A stretch of DNA of 64,000 bases from Candidatus Hydrogenedentota bacterium (GTDB taxonomy: Bacteria > Hydrogenedentota > Hydrogenedentia > Hydrogenedentales > SLHB01): contig CAXXTH010000009.1 of assembly GCA_963668025.2 (NCBI GenBank), positions 96,001-160,000 of the forward strand, given 5' to 3'. Made by a program: the position numbers and the translations under genes. The notes beneath the pieces were generated by a model, which was given only the letters and a program-made list of their open reading frames with translations, was not told where the DNA came from and ran no database searches. Of the stretch, positions 1-10,656 are shown piece by piece; within the stretch, counting starts at the first letter, position 1, and each line of letters begins with the position of its first letter.

Positions 1-4
1 TTTC

Positions 5-802
5 ATGAGTCACCACCTTGTCGAGATGCAGGATGTATGCTTCACGTATCCGGATGGAACTCCCGCACTGGATCGAGTTTCTTTCCGCATCACCCATGGC
101 GAATCCGTCGGCATCGTGGGCGCGAACGGCGCGGGCAAATCGACGCTCCTGCTCCATCTCATCGGCTCGCTAATGCCGCGTTCCGGCACGGTGCGCATCG
201 GCGATATGCCGCTCACAAAGGACACGCTGCCCCATATACGGCGTACGGTGGGCATGATCTTCCAGGATCCCGATGACCAGCTCTTCATGCCGAATGTGCA
301 TGATGACGTGGCTTTCGGGCCATTGAACATGGGGCTTCCGCCGGAGGAAGTTGAGGAGCGGGTTTCGCGGGCGTTGGAGACCGTGGGCGCGGCCCATCTG
401 CGCGAGCGCCCGCCGTACCGGCTGTCGGGTGGGGAAAAACGCGCCGTATCCATCGCCACGGTGCTCTCGATGTGGCCGGACATATTGGTCATGGACGAAC
501 CGAGCGCCAACCTCGATTCCTATTCACGCCGCCAGCTCATCGAGTTGCTCAAAACCTTTAAGCACACGAAGATTATCGCCACCCATGACCTCGATTTAGT
601 GCTGGATATCTGCACGCGCACGATGATGATGCAAGCGGGCCGCATCGTGGCCGGCGGGCCGACGATTGAGATACTTCAGAACGATGCCCTGCTTGCGCAA
701 AGCCATCTCGAACGGCCGTTGCGGCTCCAAGGCTGCCCCATTTGTGGCAACCGCAACCCAGCCAGCGATTCTTTGGACCACGAAACACACGGCGTGGCAT
801 AA
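5..802 (+). CDS. cbiO: ECF/cobalt-nickel ABC transporter ATP-binding subunit (CbiO/EcfA)
   Basis: Walker A GANGAGKS, FQDPDDQLF Q-loop typical of CbiO, LSGGEK signature, DEP Walker B. Confidence 0.9.
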   Translation: MSHHLVEMQDVCFTYPDGTPALDRVSFRITHGESVGIVGANGAGKSTLLLHLIGSLMPRSGTVRIGDMPLTKDTLPHIRRTVGMIFQDPDDQLFMPNVHDDVAFGPLNMGLPPEEVEERVSRALETVGAAHLRERPPYRLSGGEKRAVSIATVLSMWPDILVMDEPSANLDSYSRRQLIELLKTFKHTKIIATHDLDLVLDICTRTMMMQAGRIVAGGPTIEILQNDALLAQSHLERPLRLQGCPICGNRNPASDSLDHETHGVA

Positions 803-1075
803 CCGCAACCAAACGGCCTGCTTTTCTTAACCGCGAATAGACGCGAATATTTTTTCTCCGTGTTTTAACTCCCGTGGCATGGGCGTCTCGCCCATGCGAG
901 ACGGCATGCGAATGGTGATATCTTGTTTTCTTCTTCCATTTGCAGCTTTCCGCTCCGCCCATGTACAATATTCCTTTACGCCGCATGCGCATGGCATGCG
1001 GTTTTTCGATGAGAGACCAGTGGCCCGGCGCAGTCTTGCCTAATCCTTTAACCGCGCGCTTTCGGCGCATGAACC

Positions 1076-2440
1076 ATGGCGAATCTTCAAGCATACATAC
1101 AAACATTCGGCTGCCAGATGAATGAGCACGATAGCCAGCGCATGGCGGGCGTGCTCGAGGGCATGGGGTATCGCCTCGTGGCTACGCCAGACGAGGCGTC
1201 GCTGGTGCTGATGAACACATGTTCCGTGCGCCACAATCCCGAGAATAAAGTCTATAGCCAGCTCGGACGTTTCCGCCGCCTCAAGCAGCGTAATCCGGAC
1301 CTCATTATTGGCGTGGGCGGGTGTGTGGCCCAGCAGGAAGGCGAGCGCATCCTCCAGCGTGAAAAGATCGTCGATATGGTGTTCGGGCCGGATCATTTTT
1401 TTGAACTACCTGAGATGATCGCGCGGGTGCGCGATGGCGAACGGGTCTGCATGGTGAAATGGCAGGAGCGCACGCCCGGCCGCATCCGGAATTTTATCCC
1501 CGAGGAATGGCTCGAAACCGGCCATGTGGATGGCTGCAAGGCGTATGTGGCCATCACGAAAGGCTGTGACAATTTCTGCACGTTCTGCATTGTCCCGTAT
1601 ACGCGCGGGCGGGAGGCCAGCCGTGAGCCGGATAATGTGCTGCGGGAAGTGCGCAGCCTGGTCGAGCGTGGCGCGAAAGAGGTCTGGCTGCTGGGCCAGA
1701 ATGTGAATTCGTACCAGGCGGGGAATTGCGGATTTCTAGAATTGCTGGATATGGTGTCGCGGGTGGATGGACTCAAACGGCTTCGCTTCACGTCACCCCA
1801 TCCGAACGACTGGAACAACGCGCTCACGGATTTGATGGCGGAACGCCCGGTGATCTGCCGGCAATTGCATTTGCCGTTCCAGGCAGGCTCAAACCGGATA
1901 CTGGACCTGATGAACCGCCGCCACACCATCGAGGAATATCTCGAAAAGGCGCGGTATTTGCGCGCCCGCATGCCGGATATCGAACTTAGCGCGGACCTGA
2001 TCGTGGGCTTTCCGACGGAGACGGAAGAGGATTTCCAGTGGACGCTCCGGGTGATGGAGGAAGTGCGCTTCGGCCTGCTGTATTCATTCATGTATTCACC
2101 GCGCCCCGGTACGCGTGCGGTGCGCCTGGGCGACGATGTGCCCCAAGCCGTGAAGGATGAGCGCTTGCAGCGGGTGATCGCTTTGCAGGAAATCATTCAC
2201 GAAGAACGAATGGCGCGTTATCACGGCGCCATCGAGGAAATACTGATCGACGGGGCGCATCCCCGGCGGCGGCACGTCATGAATGGACGCACGGGCGGGT
2301 ATCGTCCCGTGGCCGTATCGGGAAACGGATTCGAGATCGGCGATCTTGTACAAGCGCGCATCACCGGGCACAGCAATCATTGGCTCGAAGGTGAAGCCCT
2401 TGGCGCTGCAATAGAAACGCATAGTAATGAAAGCGAATGA
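1076..2440 (+). CDS. miaB: tRNA-2-methylthio-N6-dimethylallyladenosine synthase MiaB
   Basis: TFGCQMNEHDS N-terminal MTTase domain, radical SAM CDNFCTFC, LLGQNVNSY, RLRFTSPHP, C-terminal TRAM domain. Confidence 0.95.
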   Translation: MANLQAYIQTFGCQMNEHDSQRMAGVLEGMGYRLVATPDEASLVLMNTCSVRHNPENKVYSQLGRFRRLKQRNPDLIIGVGGCVAQQEGERILQREKIVDMVFGPDHFFELPEMIARVRDGERVCMVKWQERTPGRIRNFIPEEWLETGHVDGCKAYVAITKGCDNFCTFCIVPYTRGREASREPDNVLREVRSLVERGAKEVWLLGQNVNSYQAGNCGFLELLDMVSRVDGLKRLRFTSPHPNDWNNALTDLMAERPVICRQLHLPFQAGSNRILDLMNRRHTIEEYLEKARYLRARMPDIELSADLIVGFPTETEEDFQWTLRVMEEVRFGLLYSFMYSPRPGTRAVRLGDDVPQAVKDERLQRVIALQEIIHEERMARYHGAIEEILIDGAHPRRRHVMNGRTGGYRPVAVSGNGFEIGDLVQARITGHSNHWLEGEALGAAIETHSNESE

Positions 2441-2458
2441 GATGCAAGGAGTGTATAG

Positions 2459-3952
2459 ATGCGGGTCAATGTAGTTCATCCTAACCATAAACTCGATCAA
2501 ATGGGGGAGTGTTGCCTGGTATTGCCGGTGTTCGCGGGAGCGAAGGCCGCCGCCAGCGCAGTGATGCATCCAGAAGACGCGCAGGCAATTGAGCGATTGC
2601 TCGCCGCGCAAGTCATTACGGGGAAACCCGGAGATTGCTATAGCATCCATACGCCGAATCGAATGTATACAGAGATCTTGGCGCTTGGCATGGGCAAACG
2701 GGAAGCTTTTTCGGGAGAAGCCTTACGTCGCGGCGCTGGCAGCGCCAGCGGTGAGTTGTCGAAACGCCGCAAGACGGCGGTGATATTGGACGCTTCCGGC
2801 GAATCGGGCTGGCCCATCGAGTGTTTCCTGGAAGGGTTGATGCTGGGCCAATACCGTTTCGAGCGGTATAAGGCAAAGAAGGCGGATACGCCGGAGCCCT
2901 CAAATATCGAGCAAATCACGTTTGTTATTCCATCGGAGTATTCCGTGAAAGAGTCCGTGGCGTGTTGTGCGCGGGCGGCGCTGGTGTGCGATGCCGTGAA
3001 TTGGGCGCGCGATTTGGGCAACACTGCGCCGAATGACCTGACTCCCATCCGATTGGCGGAAATCGCCCAGGAAATGGCGCGGGAATCGGGGCTTGGTTTT
3101 GAATGCCTGGATGAGCGGCAAATGGCCGAATTGGGCATGGGCGCGCTGCTGGGCGTGGCGAAAGGCAGCGCCGAGACGCCCCGGCTTATATTCTTGCGCT
3201 ACGAGCATCCGGAAGCTACGGAGACCATTGGCCTGGCGGGCAAGGGGGTCACGTTCGACACCGGCGGGATCAGCATCAAAGGCTCCGACGGCATGCAGGA
3301 CATGAAGTACGACATGTGCGGCGCGGCGGCCGTATTGGGTGCGATGAAAGCGCTGGCGGCGTTGAAGCCTAAGCGGAATATCGTAGCGGCCGTTCCGGCG
3401 GTCGAGAATATGCTCGGAGGCAAGGCCCAGCATCCAGGTGATGTCGTGCGCGCATATAACGGGAAGACCATCGAAGTGCAAAACACGGACGCCGAAGGGC
3501 GGATGATACTCGCGGACGCGATTGCCTATCTGGTCGAGCGGCATAAGCCCGTGCGTTTGGCCGATATCGCTACGCTCACTGGCGGCTGCATCACCGCATT
3601 AGGCCATCACGCCATCGGGCTGATGTCCAATAACGACGCCGAAGCGGCGTGCGCCATCGCCTGTGGCGAAGCCGTGGGCGAGCGGCTCTGGCGGCTGCCC
3701 TTATGGGAAGACTACAACGAACTTATGCAGAGCGATTACGTGGATATATGCATCGTCGGCGCATCAAGGGAAGCGAGCGCTATCGTGGGCGGCTGCTTCA
3801 TCCAACAATTCGTGAGCGGGACGCCCTGGATACATCTGGACATCGCGGGGACGGCATTTGATGTGAAGCATCTGCCCTACCTGAATCCAAAATACGCCAC
3901 GGGTTCGGGTGTGCGGCTGCTGGTCCAGTGGGCCTGTTCGCCGGGAGTGTGA
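2459..3952 (+). CDS. pepA: Leucyl aminopeptidase (M17)
   Basis: GKGVTFDTGG, MKYDM, NTDAEGR, HLDIAG motifs. Confidence 0.95.
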   Translation: MRVNVVHPNHKLDQMGECCLVLPVFAGAKAAASAVMHPEDAQAIERLLAAQVITGKPGDCYSIHTPNRMYTEILALGMGKREAFSGEALRRGAGSASGELSKRRKTAVILDASGESGWPIECFLEGLMLGQYRFERYKAKKADTPEPSNIEQITFVIPSEYSVKESVACCARAALVCDAVNWARDLGNTAPNDLTPIRLAEIAQEMARESGLGFECLDERQMAELGMGALLGVAKGSAETPRLIFLRYEHPEATETIGLAGKGVTFDTGGISIKGSDGMQDMKYDMCGAAAVLGAMKALAALKPKRNIVAAVPAVENMLGGKAQHPGDVVRAYNGKTIEVQNTDAEGRMILADAIAYLVERHKPVRLADIATLTGGCITALGHHAIGLMSNNDAEAACAIACGEAVGERLWRLPLWEDYNELMQSDYVDICIVGASREASAIVGGCFIQQFVSGTPWIHLDIAGTAFDVKHLPYLNPKYATGSGVRLLVQWACSPGV

Positions 3953-3955
3953 GCC

Positions 3956-5269
3956 ATGTCCGCGCAGGAACGGCGCGCCTCCATATACACGTTGGGTTGC
4001 CGGTTGAACCAATCCGAGACCGGCCTTCTTGCGGAACGGCTTCGCGAAGCGGGCTACTGCATCGTGCCGTTTGATGAGCCTGCCGACCTGGGCATCGTCC
4101 ATACCTGCACGGTCACGGGCGAGGCGGACGCCAAATCGCGCAAGGCCATCAGCGGCTTTATCCGGCGCAATCCGGAGGCGTTTGTCGCGGCCATTGGCTG
4201 CTATTCGCAAATCGGATGCGCCTCGCTGTCCCAGATCAAAGGGCTTGACCTCATCGTTGGCAACCGGGAGAAATTGAACCTTCTCGATTATGTCGGGGAG
4301 TCCAAGAACGCCAGCCCGGTTATCATCTGTGAAAAACCGGATCGCGAGGATTTTTCGATTCCCGTGGCCCAAGGCATGCGGCTTACAACACGGGCGAATC
4401 TGAAAATCCAGGACGGATGCGATTTCATGTGCAGCTATTGCGTCATCCCGTTTGCACGGGGGCGCGCACGGAGCCGCGCATTTGGCAATCTGCTGGAAGA
4501 AGCCGAAAGCCTTGCGGCGGCGGGCGCGAAGGAAATCGTGCTGACGGGCGTCAATTTGGGCACGTATGCCCATGAAGGGCATGGCATTATAGATATCGTG
4601 GATGCGCTCGGCGCATTGGATGGCGTTGCGCGCGTGCGCATAAGTTCCATCGAGCCGACGACGATTCCCGAGGCGCTCTTCGAACGCATGGCTGCGGCGG
4701 AGCATGCCTTGGTTCCGTATTTGCACATCCCCATGCAATCCGGCTCTGATGCCGTGCTCGAGCGCATGCGCCGCCGGTACGTAGCAGATGAGTTCCGGGT
4801 GTTTATCGAGGGCGCGGCGAACACCGTGCCGGATGTGTGCATTGGCACCGATCTCCTGGTGGGAACGCCAGGCGAGACCGAGAGTGAATTCGCGGAAACG
4901 GCTCAGTTTCTACAGGACAGCCCCATTCATTACGCCCATGTGTTCAAGTATTCCGAGCGAAAGAACACCTTGGCGTCCCGCTATCCGGATAAAGTGGACC
5001 CCAAAACAGCCAGTGCGCGGGCGGCGGAATTGCGCCGCATCGCCGCCGCGAAGCGCCATGCATTTGATGCATCGCACATAGGCCGCTGCCTGGCGGTCTT
5101 GTTTGAAGAGCAAGAAGGCGGCTTATGGGCCGGGTATACGGGGAATTACATCCGTGCGGCCGTGCGTTCCGAGGAAGAGTTAGGCAATCAAATCCGGCTT
5201 GTGCGGCTCGAACGCGTACAGGGCGATAACGTGATAGGAACCCTTCATGGAACTGCTAAGCAAGCTTGA
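3956..5269 (+). CDS. mtaB: tRNA t6A37 methylthiotransferase MtaB
   Basis: TLGCRLNQSE, TCTVT..AD.KSR, LKIQDGCDFMCSYC, EIVLTGVNLG, RISSIEP. Confidence 0.92.
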   Translation: MSAQERRASIYTLGCRLNQSETGLLAERLREAGYCIVPFDEPADLGIVHTCTVTGEADAKSRKAISGFIRRNPEAFVAAIGCYSQIGCASLSQIKGLDLIVGNREKLNLLDYVGESKNASPVIICEKPDREDFSIPVAQGMRLTTRANLKIQDGCDFMCSYCVIPFARGRARSRAFGNLLEEAESLAAAGAKEIVLTGVNLGTYAHEGHGIIDIVDALGALDGVARVRISSIEPTTIPEALFERMAAAEHALVPYLHIPMQSGSDAVLERMRRRYVADEFRVFIEGAANTVPDVCIGTDLLVGTPGETESEFAETAQFLQDSPIHYAHVFKYSERKNTLASRYPDKVDPKTASARAAELRRIAAAKRHAFDASHIGRCLAVLFEEQEGGLWAGYTGNYIRAAVRSEEELGNQIRLVRLERVQGDNVIGTLHGTAKQA

Positions 5270-6080
5270 GCCTGCCGCGGAAGCGCAGGCTATCGAAAAA
5301 GAGAAGCATTTAAGCGATTTGTTCTCGGGATATGGCAAAGCGGCCATCGCCTATTCCGGCGGCGTGGATTCCACGTATTTGGCCGATGTGGCGCATAGCG
5401 TGCTCGAGGCAAACGCCCACCTGGTTCTGGCGGATTCACCGAGCATTCCGCGTGCGGAATTGGCGGAGGCCATGCAATTGGCCCAAGAGCGGGGCTGGAA
5501 TTTGCAAGTGCTTCATACGGATGAGTTTGCAAATCCTGATTTCGTGCGCAATGACGCCAGGCGCTGCTACTACTGTAAAACCGAGCTCTTTTCAAAGATG
5601 CGTGCATACGCCGCGCAGCATGGCATCTCCATCTTGGTGTATGGGGCCAATACGGATGACCTGCAAGACGCCACCCGCGTCGGTTCGATTGCAGCGAAGG
5701 AACAGCGGGTGGTCGCGCCGTTGCAAGGCGTGCGGATGACCAAGCAGGAAATCCGTTTCCTGAGCGCACGGCGGGGCTTGCCCACTTCCGATAAGCCCGC
5801 ATTCGCATGCTTATCGTCCCGGCTGCCCAAAGGCGCGCCCGTCACGTTGGACGCCTTGGCGCGCATCGAGCAGGCGGAGGAAGCGTTGCGGCGGGAAGGA
5901 TTCCGCCAATACCGTGCGCGGCATCACGGCGATATCTGCCGCATTGAAGTTGAAGCGGCGGATTTACCGCGCTTGCTGGAGCCGGACACGCGCCAGCGCG
6001 TGGTCGATGCCCTGAACCAAGCCGGATACCGGTATGTCACACTCGATTTGGCGGGGTATCGTTCGGGCAGCACGGCATAA
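5247..6080 (+). CDS. larE: LarE-family ATP-dependent sulfur transferase (PP-loop)
   Basis: SGGVDS PP-loop, RCYYCK, ACLSSR, VTLDLAGYRSGS. Confidence 0.88.
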   Translation: MELLSKLEPAAEAQAIEKEKHLSDLFSGYGKAAIAYSGGVDSTYLADVAHSVLEANAHLVLADSPSIPRAELAEAMQLAQERGWNLQVLHTDEFANPDFVRNDARRCYYCKTELFSKMRAYAAQHGISILVYGANTDDLQDATRVGSIAAKEQRVVAPLQGVRMTKQEIRFLSARRGLPTSDKPAFACLSSRLPKGAPVTLDALARIEQAEEALRREGFRQYRARHHGDICRIEVEAADLPRLLEPDTRQRVVDALNQAGYRYVTLDLAGYRSGSTA

Positions 6081-6088
6081 TGGACCGT

Positions 6089-6433
6089 TCAGCCTAATTC
6101 CTCGAACGACATAACGGCCTCGCCGCAGGTGGCGTATACATCGAAAACACGCAACATGCGGACAAGATCAAATAGCGAGCGCACAGGCTTGGTCATGCCG
6201 CAGAGGCGCAACTCGCCGCCACGTCCTTTGACTTGCCTAAGGCACGATAAAAAAGCTCCAAGGCCAGAGCTGTCCACGAAACGCAATTCCGAGAGATCCA
6301 GAACCACATAGGGGCTTTCTTCGAGAAGCGGCGCTACGCTTTGGCGGAATTCTTTCGAGTTACGGGCGTCCAGTTGCTCACCGGGGATCGTGATTACCGC
6401 AACTTTTCCCTGTGTCTCTATCTGAAGCTCCAT
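6089..6433 (-). CDS. STAS-domain anti-sigma factor antagonist
   Basis: LDLSELRFVDSSGLG phospho-Ser motif. Confidence 0.93.
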   Translation of the reverse strand: MELQIETQGKVAVITIPGEQLDARNSKEFRQSVAPLLEESPYVVLDLSELRFVDSSGLGAFLSCLRQVKGRGGELRLCGMTKPVRSLFDLVRMLRVFDVYATCGEAVMSFEELG

Positions 6434-6456
6434 GGCCGAATTCCTCCTTTGCTTTT

Positions 6457-9400
6457 CTATGAAATGCGCTTCTCTAGATATACTGTATTTTTACCCGCTT
6501 CGTCCACTACATATTCGACGGCGTCCATAATCGAGTCGATAATGTACACTCCGAATCCGCTTTCACTCGTGCCGTCAAAAATGGGCGCGGCCACTTCCTC
6601 CCGGAGGAAAGGCTCGCCCCAGTGATCCAGGCGGAAGCGGATGCGATCTTCTGACACCACCGCATCCAAGCTGATGGCTCCGTCTGAGCGGCCTTGATAC
6701 GCATGTTGCATGATGTTCACGGCTGCCTCATTCAGCGCTAATTCTAGCTGGCTGCTGATGTCTTCCTCAATATTTCGCCAGGCGCATGTCTCCCGGATAA
6801 AAGCGCGTATGGCCGCGAGTTCGGCCAAATCGGAGGTCGTATCGAGGTGGAATACTTTGGAGGCGGATAATTTCAATTCATGGTCCACCTGCACGACGAC
6901 GCAGGTGAGATCATCATTAATGGAGCCACGCAAGGCGAAATGAGTGACGGCATCCCGCAGCCCCTGGAGCAGGCCGGAAGGCGAGGAGTCTTGGTTTGCC
7001 TGCATGAAATCAACGAGGCGTTCTTCTCCAAATAGTTCGCCATGTTCGCCACATGCTTCCGTGACGCCATCGGAATAGAACAAGATGATGTCCCCTTCCT
7101 CGATGAGTATGGAGGTTTGCTGGTAGCATTCATTCTCGATGACGCCAATAGGCAAATTGGCATGTTCGAGGAAGATGCACTTGCTGGGGTGGCGCTGGAG
7201 ATGAATCGCCCGCGGATGTCCGCAGTTCACATACGTGAGTATGCGCGCATCGAGATCGAAACGGGCGTATATAAGGGTCACGAATTGTTCTAGAGCAATC
7301 AGGCGTGGTGAAAGCTCGGCGTGAACCTGTTGGACAATCTCAGCCGGTTCAGGAAAATCGGGCCAGCCGCCCAGCAGGCCTTTGCGGGCGAGCAGGCGGG
7401 CCAGCGTCCGCGTGAATGTGTTCTTCGTGGCGGCGCCGACCAGGGCGGCGGTAGTGCCTTTTCCCATGACATCGCCGACGACCACATCGAAGCAGCGTGG
7501 GCCGTGAGAGAGGAAATCATAGAAGTCGCCATCCATATGCTGGGATGGCAGCGAGACCGCGGCTATTTCCGCGCCTTGGACGTCTTGCGGCATATGGCCT
7601 TGCAAAAGCGATTCTTGAATGCGCATGCGTAATTCGCTTTCTTGCGCGCGGGCAATGCGGAGCGCTTCTTCATACGTTTTTCTCTCCGTGATGTCTTGAA
7701 TGGTGCCCAGCATACGCAATGGCGAGCCTTCGGCGTCCGTGGTGACTACTTTGCCCCGGGCGAGTATCCAGCGCCAATCGCCGTTTTTGGTTTGGGCGCG
7801 ATATTCCATTTGGAAAAGACTGCGGTTGCCGGGCTCCTGGCTTGCCCACAGATGCAGCATGACCTCGCCGCGATCTTCCGGATGGGCGGATTGTTCCCAG
7901 GTGCTTATGTTTTCCTGGAGCTCGCCATAAGCATACCCTAATATGGCGGCGTATTGCTCGTCATAAAAGACATGCCCGGTTGCTAGATCCCAGTCCCACA
8001 GGCCTTGCCCGGCGCCCATAAGCGCAAGTTTCAGCCGTTCTTCGCTGATGCGCAGTTCTTCACCCCGGCGCTGGAGTTCCGCTTCCGCATACTTGGCGGC
8101 TGAAATATCCAAGATGATGCCATCAAATATGATTTCATTCTCATTCGCAGGCACGGGCTTGGACGCACCCCGGCACCATCGCATTTCGCCGGAGGGGAGG
8201 ATGAACCGGCCTTCGAAGCTCCAATCCGTTTGGTTGGTGAGTGATTCCTGTATGCTGGTCTGGAATCTCTCCACGTCTTCAGGGTGAATTTCTAGCAGGT
8301 CCCATTTTTGTATGAGCGCTTCTGGCGTTACGCCGAAAATATCGAAACAACGCGGGCTAATATAATAGTAGCCTTTTTCGCCGTTTTTTCGGGCATACCA
8401 TTGGTAGATCACGCCGGGTACATTCTCCGCCAAGGCGCGGAAGCGGGCTTCACTATCCCGCAAGGCTTCTTCGGCTTTGCGGCGCTCGTCAATATCGTGC
8501 CATACGCTTAGCATGGCGCTGCGGCTGCCAATTCGCACCGGAGTGAGTGTTTCTTCTACATAAAATTCCCGTCCATTCAACCCACTGTGAACCCACTCGA
8601 AACGGTGGAAGCCCTGATCGCGGGCTATGGCGATCATATCCGCGGCTTTTTCGATGGACAATACGCCATCGGGCTGGTATTTGGGCGATAAGGTGGCTGG
8701 ACGCCATGAGAGCAGGTCCCGGGCATCCTGGGCTTCTAAGATTTCCAGGGCGGTTTGATTGCAGTCCAAGATGCCGGTCTCATCGAATATGAAGTGCGCG
8801 TCCGAAGAATGCTCGAACAATACGCGGAATTTCTCGTTGGCATATTTCTGTTCCGTGATATCCAGGCCGGTGCCGCGATAACCGATTACTTTTCCGTATA
8901 AGTCAAAAACGGGGCCTCCGCTCGACATCAGCCATATCTCCCGGCCATGAACGGAATTCACCCGATACTCGATGTTGCGAAAAGAATCTCCCTTCGATGC
9001 GAGCTCTAGAAACCAGTGGCTCACACGCTCTGCTTCTTCAGGCGGCATGAATTCAAAGGGTGTCCGCCCAATAAGTTCTTGAGGCGGCAACCCTAGGATG
9101 GACTCGACGCGCGCGGTCAAAAACGTAAAGCGGCCCCAGCTATCCATTTCCCAGATGTATTCGCCCGCAGCATAGGTGATATCGCGGAAGCGTTGTTCGC
9201 TATCGCGCAACGCTTGTTCCGCTTGTTTGCGTTCGGAGATATTACGCACGACGCCCGTCATGAAGAGCCGGCCATCCTCGGTAAACTCCCCTAGAGAGAC
9301 CTCGATAGGGAATTCGCGGCCTTCACAGTTGCACCCGGTCATTTCAAAGCAGTGCCATGTCTGCGTTTTCCTGCCGGTCTCAATGTATTGAAAAAACAGG

Positions 9401-10332
9401 CGGGGATACTGTTCGCGGCTCGCTGTTCCCATGAGTGTAATCAAAGACTGGCCGAGGAGTTCGTACGCCTTATATCCAAAAATGGCTTCCGCCGCCAGAT
9501 TGGCATACACGATTACGAAATGGTCATTTACAGTGATGATGCAATCGGAAGCGGTATCCGCCAGAGTCCGGTAGCGGGTCTCGCTTTGGCGCAAGGCCTT
9601 TTCCACCGCGCCGCGCTCCATGAGGAGCTGCTGCAAGCCTTCATTTGCTTCCGTAAGATCAATTTGGTAGTGAAGCACCGCATCGAAGGCTTTCCGTATG
9701 TGCCGCACCGCCGGGGCGAAAACAAAGAAACCTGAACCGGCTAGAATGAAAAGGAGCACAATGAATGCGCTCAATTCTTGTTTGTGCAGCAGGGCTTTGT
9801 TCTTTTGTGTCTCAATGACATTTTGAATATCGGTTTGGATGAGTGTTTGTTGAAGCGGTTGAATGGCGTTCAGAATCAATTGGATTTGCTGGCGCATTTC
9901 GGCGGGATTACGTATTGGGGCCGCAGTCGGGCGATAGGCGCTGCAAGCTCGTTCTAATTCCTTTGTTTCCAGCTCGATTTGCTGAATAAATCGGTTCATT
10001 TCCGGGCTGAGACTGTTTTTGTGATAGGACAATCGGAGCAAATCCTTGGATGCCAGCCAATCGCCAGCGGCGCTATCGAGAATGGATGCGCCGGGGACTG
10101 GGTCTTCACTGGCCAGGCAGCTAACGGCCGCATCGTTGAGTTCATGAACGAGCAGGATCTGCCGCATAAGCGCTGATGCGACGTAGTCGTGTTTCTGTTC
10201 TTGAGAGAGCCATAGATCAAAGAATGCATATCCAGCAAGGCTGGCTATGGCGATGATGATCAGCGCCATGCTGTATTGAAAATACAAGCCTTTGGTTTGC
10301 ATTTGTCTGGGTGAATCTAATGGTAACGGCAT
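6457..10332 (-). CDS. Membrane sensor: 2 TM + about 5 PAS/PAC + SpoIIE (PP2C) phosphatase + RsbW-like HATPase
   Basis: Repeated PAS/PAC (DITE.K), GDFYD, GDVMGKG, YSDGVTE, DDLT; C-terminal EAAVNIMQHAY and SGFGVYII. Confidence 0.9.
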   Translation of the reverse strand: MPLPLDSPRQMQTKGLYFQYSMALIIIAIASLAGYAFFDLWLSQEQKHDYVASALMRQILLVHELNDAAVSCLASEDPVPGASILDSAAGDWLASKDLLRLSYHKNSLSPEMNRFIQQIELETKELERACSAYRPTAAPIRNPAEMRQQIQLILNAIQPLQQTLIQTDIQNVIETQKNKALLHKQELSAFIVLLFILAGSGFFVFAPAVRHIRKAFDAVLHYQIDLTEANEGLQQLLMERGAVEKALRQSETRYRTLADTASDCIITVNDHFVIVYANLAAEAIFGYKAYELLGQSLITLMGTASREQYPRLFFQYIETGRKTQTWHCFEMTGCNCEGREFPIEVSLGEFTEDGRLFMTGVVRNISERKQAEQALRDSEQRFRDITYAAGEYIWEMDSWGRFTFLTARVESILGLPPQELIGRTPFEFMPPEEAERVSHWFLELASKGDSFRNIEYRVNSVHGREIWLMSSGGPVFDLYGKVIGYRGTGLDITEQKYANEKFRVLFEHSSDAHFIFDETGILDCNQTALEILEAQDARDLLSWRPATLSPKYQPDGVLSIEKAADMIAIARDQGFHRFEWVHSGLNGREFYVEETLTPVRIGSRSAMLSVWHDIDERRKAEEALRDSEARFRALAENVPGVIYQWYARKNGEKGYYYISPRCFDIFGVTPEALIQKWDLLEIHPEDVERFQTSIQESLTNQTDWSFEGRFILPSGEMRWCRGASKPVPANENEIIFDGIILDISAAKYAEAELQRRGEELRISEERLKLALMGAGQGLWDWDLATGHVFYDEQYAAILGYAYGELQENISTWEQSAHPEDRGEVMLHLWASQEPGNRSLFQMEYRAQTKNGDWRWILARGKVVTTDAEGSPLRMLGTIQDITERKTYEEALRIARAQESELRMRIQESLLQGHMPQDVQGAEIAAVSLPSQHMDGDFYDFLSHGPRCFDVVVGDVMGKGTTAALVGAATKNTFTRTLARLLARKGLLGGWPDFPEPAEIVQQVHAELSPRLIALEQFVTLIYARFDLDARILTYVNCGHPRAIHLQRHPSKCIFLEHANLPIGVIENECYQQTSILIEEGDIILFYSDGVTEACGEHGELFGEERLVDFMQANQDSSPSGLLQGLRDAVTHFALRGSINDDLTCVVVQVDHELKLSASKVFHLDTTSDLAELAAIRAFIRETCAWRNIEEDISSQLELALNEAAVNIMQHAYQGRSDGAISLDAVVSEDRIRFRLDHWGEPFLREEVAAPIFDGTSESGFGVYIIDSIMDAVEYVVDEAGKNTVYLEKRIS

Positions 10333-10656
10333 CGGCTACATCCATCCTGTGGCGCTCATCCGTCTGCAGCACGCCGCTCGAACCGGCCAGGACGAAACCT
10401 AGCCCCAAAAAGCGGCAAGCTGATTCACCTCACTAACATATAGCATGATAGGGGGGCAGTTCCAGGCTCTCGTTTTGTTTGGGTGTGCGCCACCAAAAGA
10501 GTATTAATGCGTTTTGCAGGGAAAACCGCCTTTCTTTTGTATATGAACATATACACCGTGCGCCTTGCCCGGTAAAAAGGTTCGTATCGCCTTTTGAGCG
10601 CTTCAATATGGCCTGCTGTTTCTTTCACTATCCGCACGTCCCCTTAGCCCGCTTAA

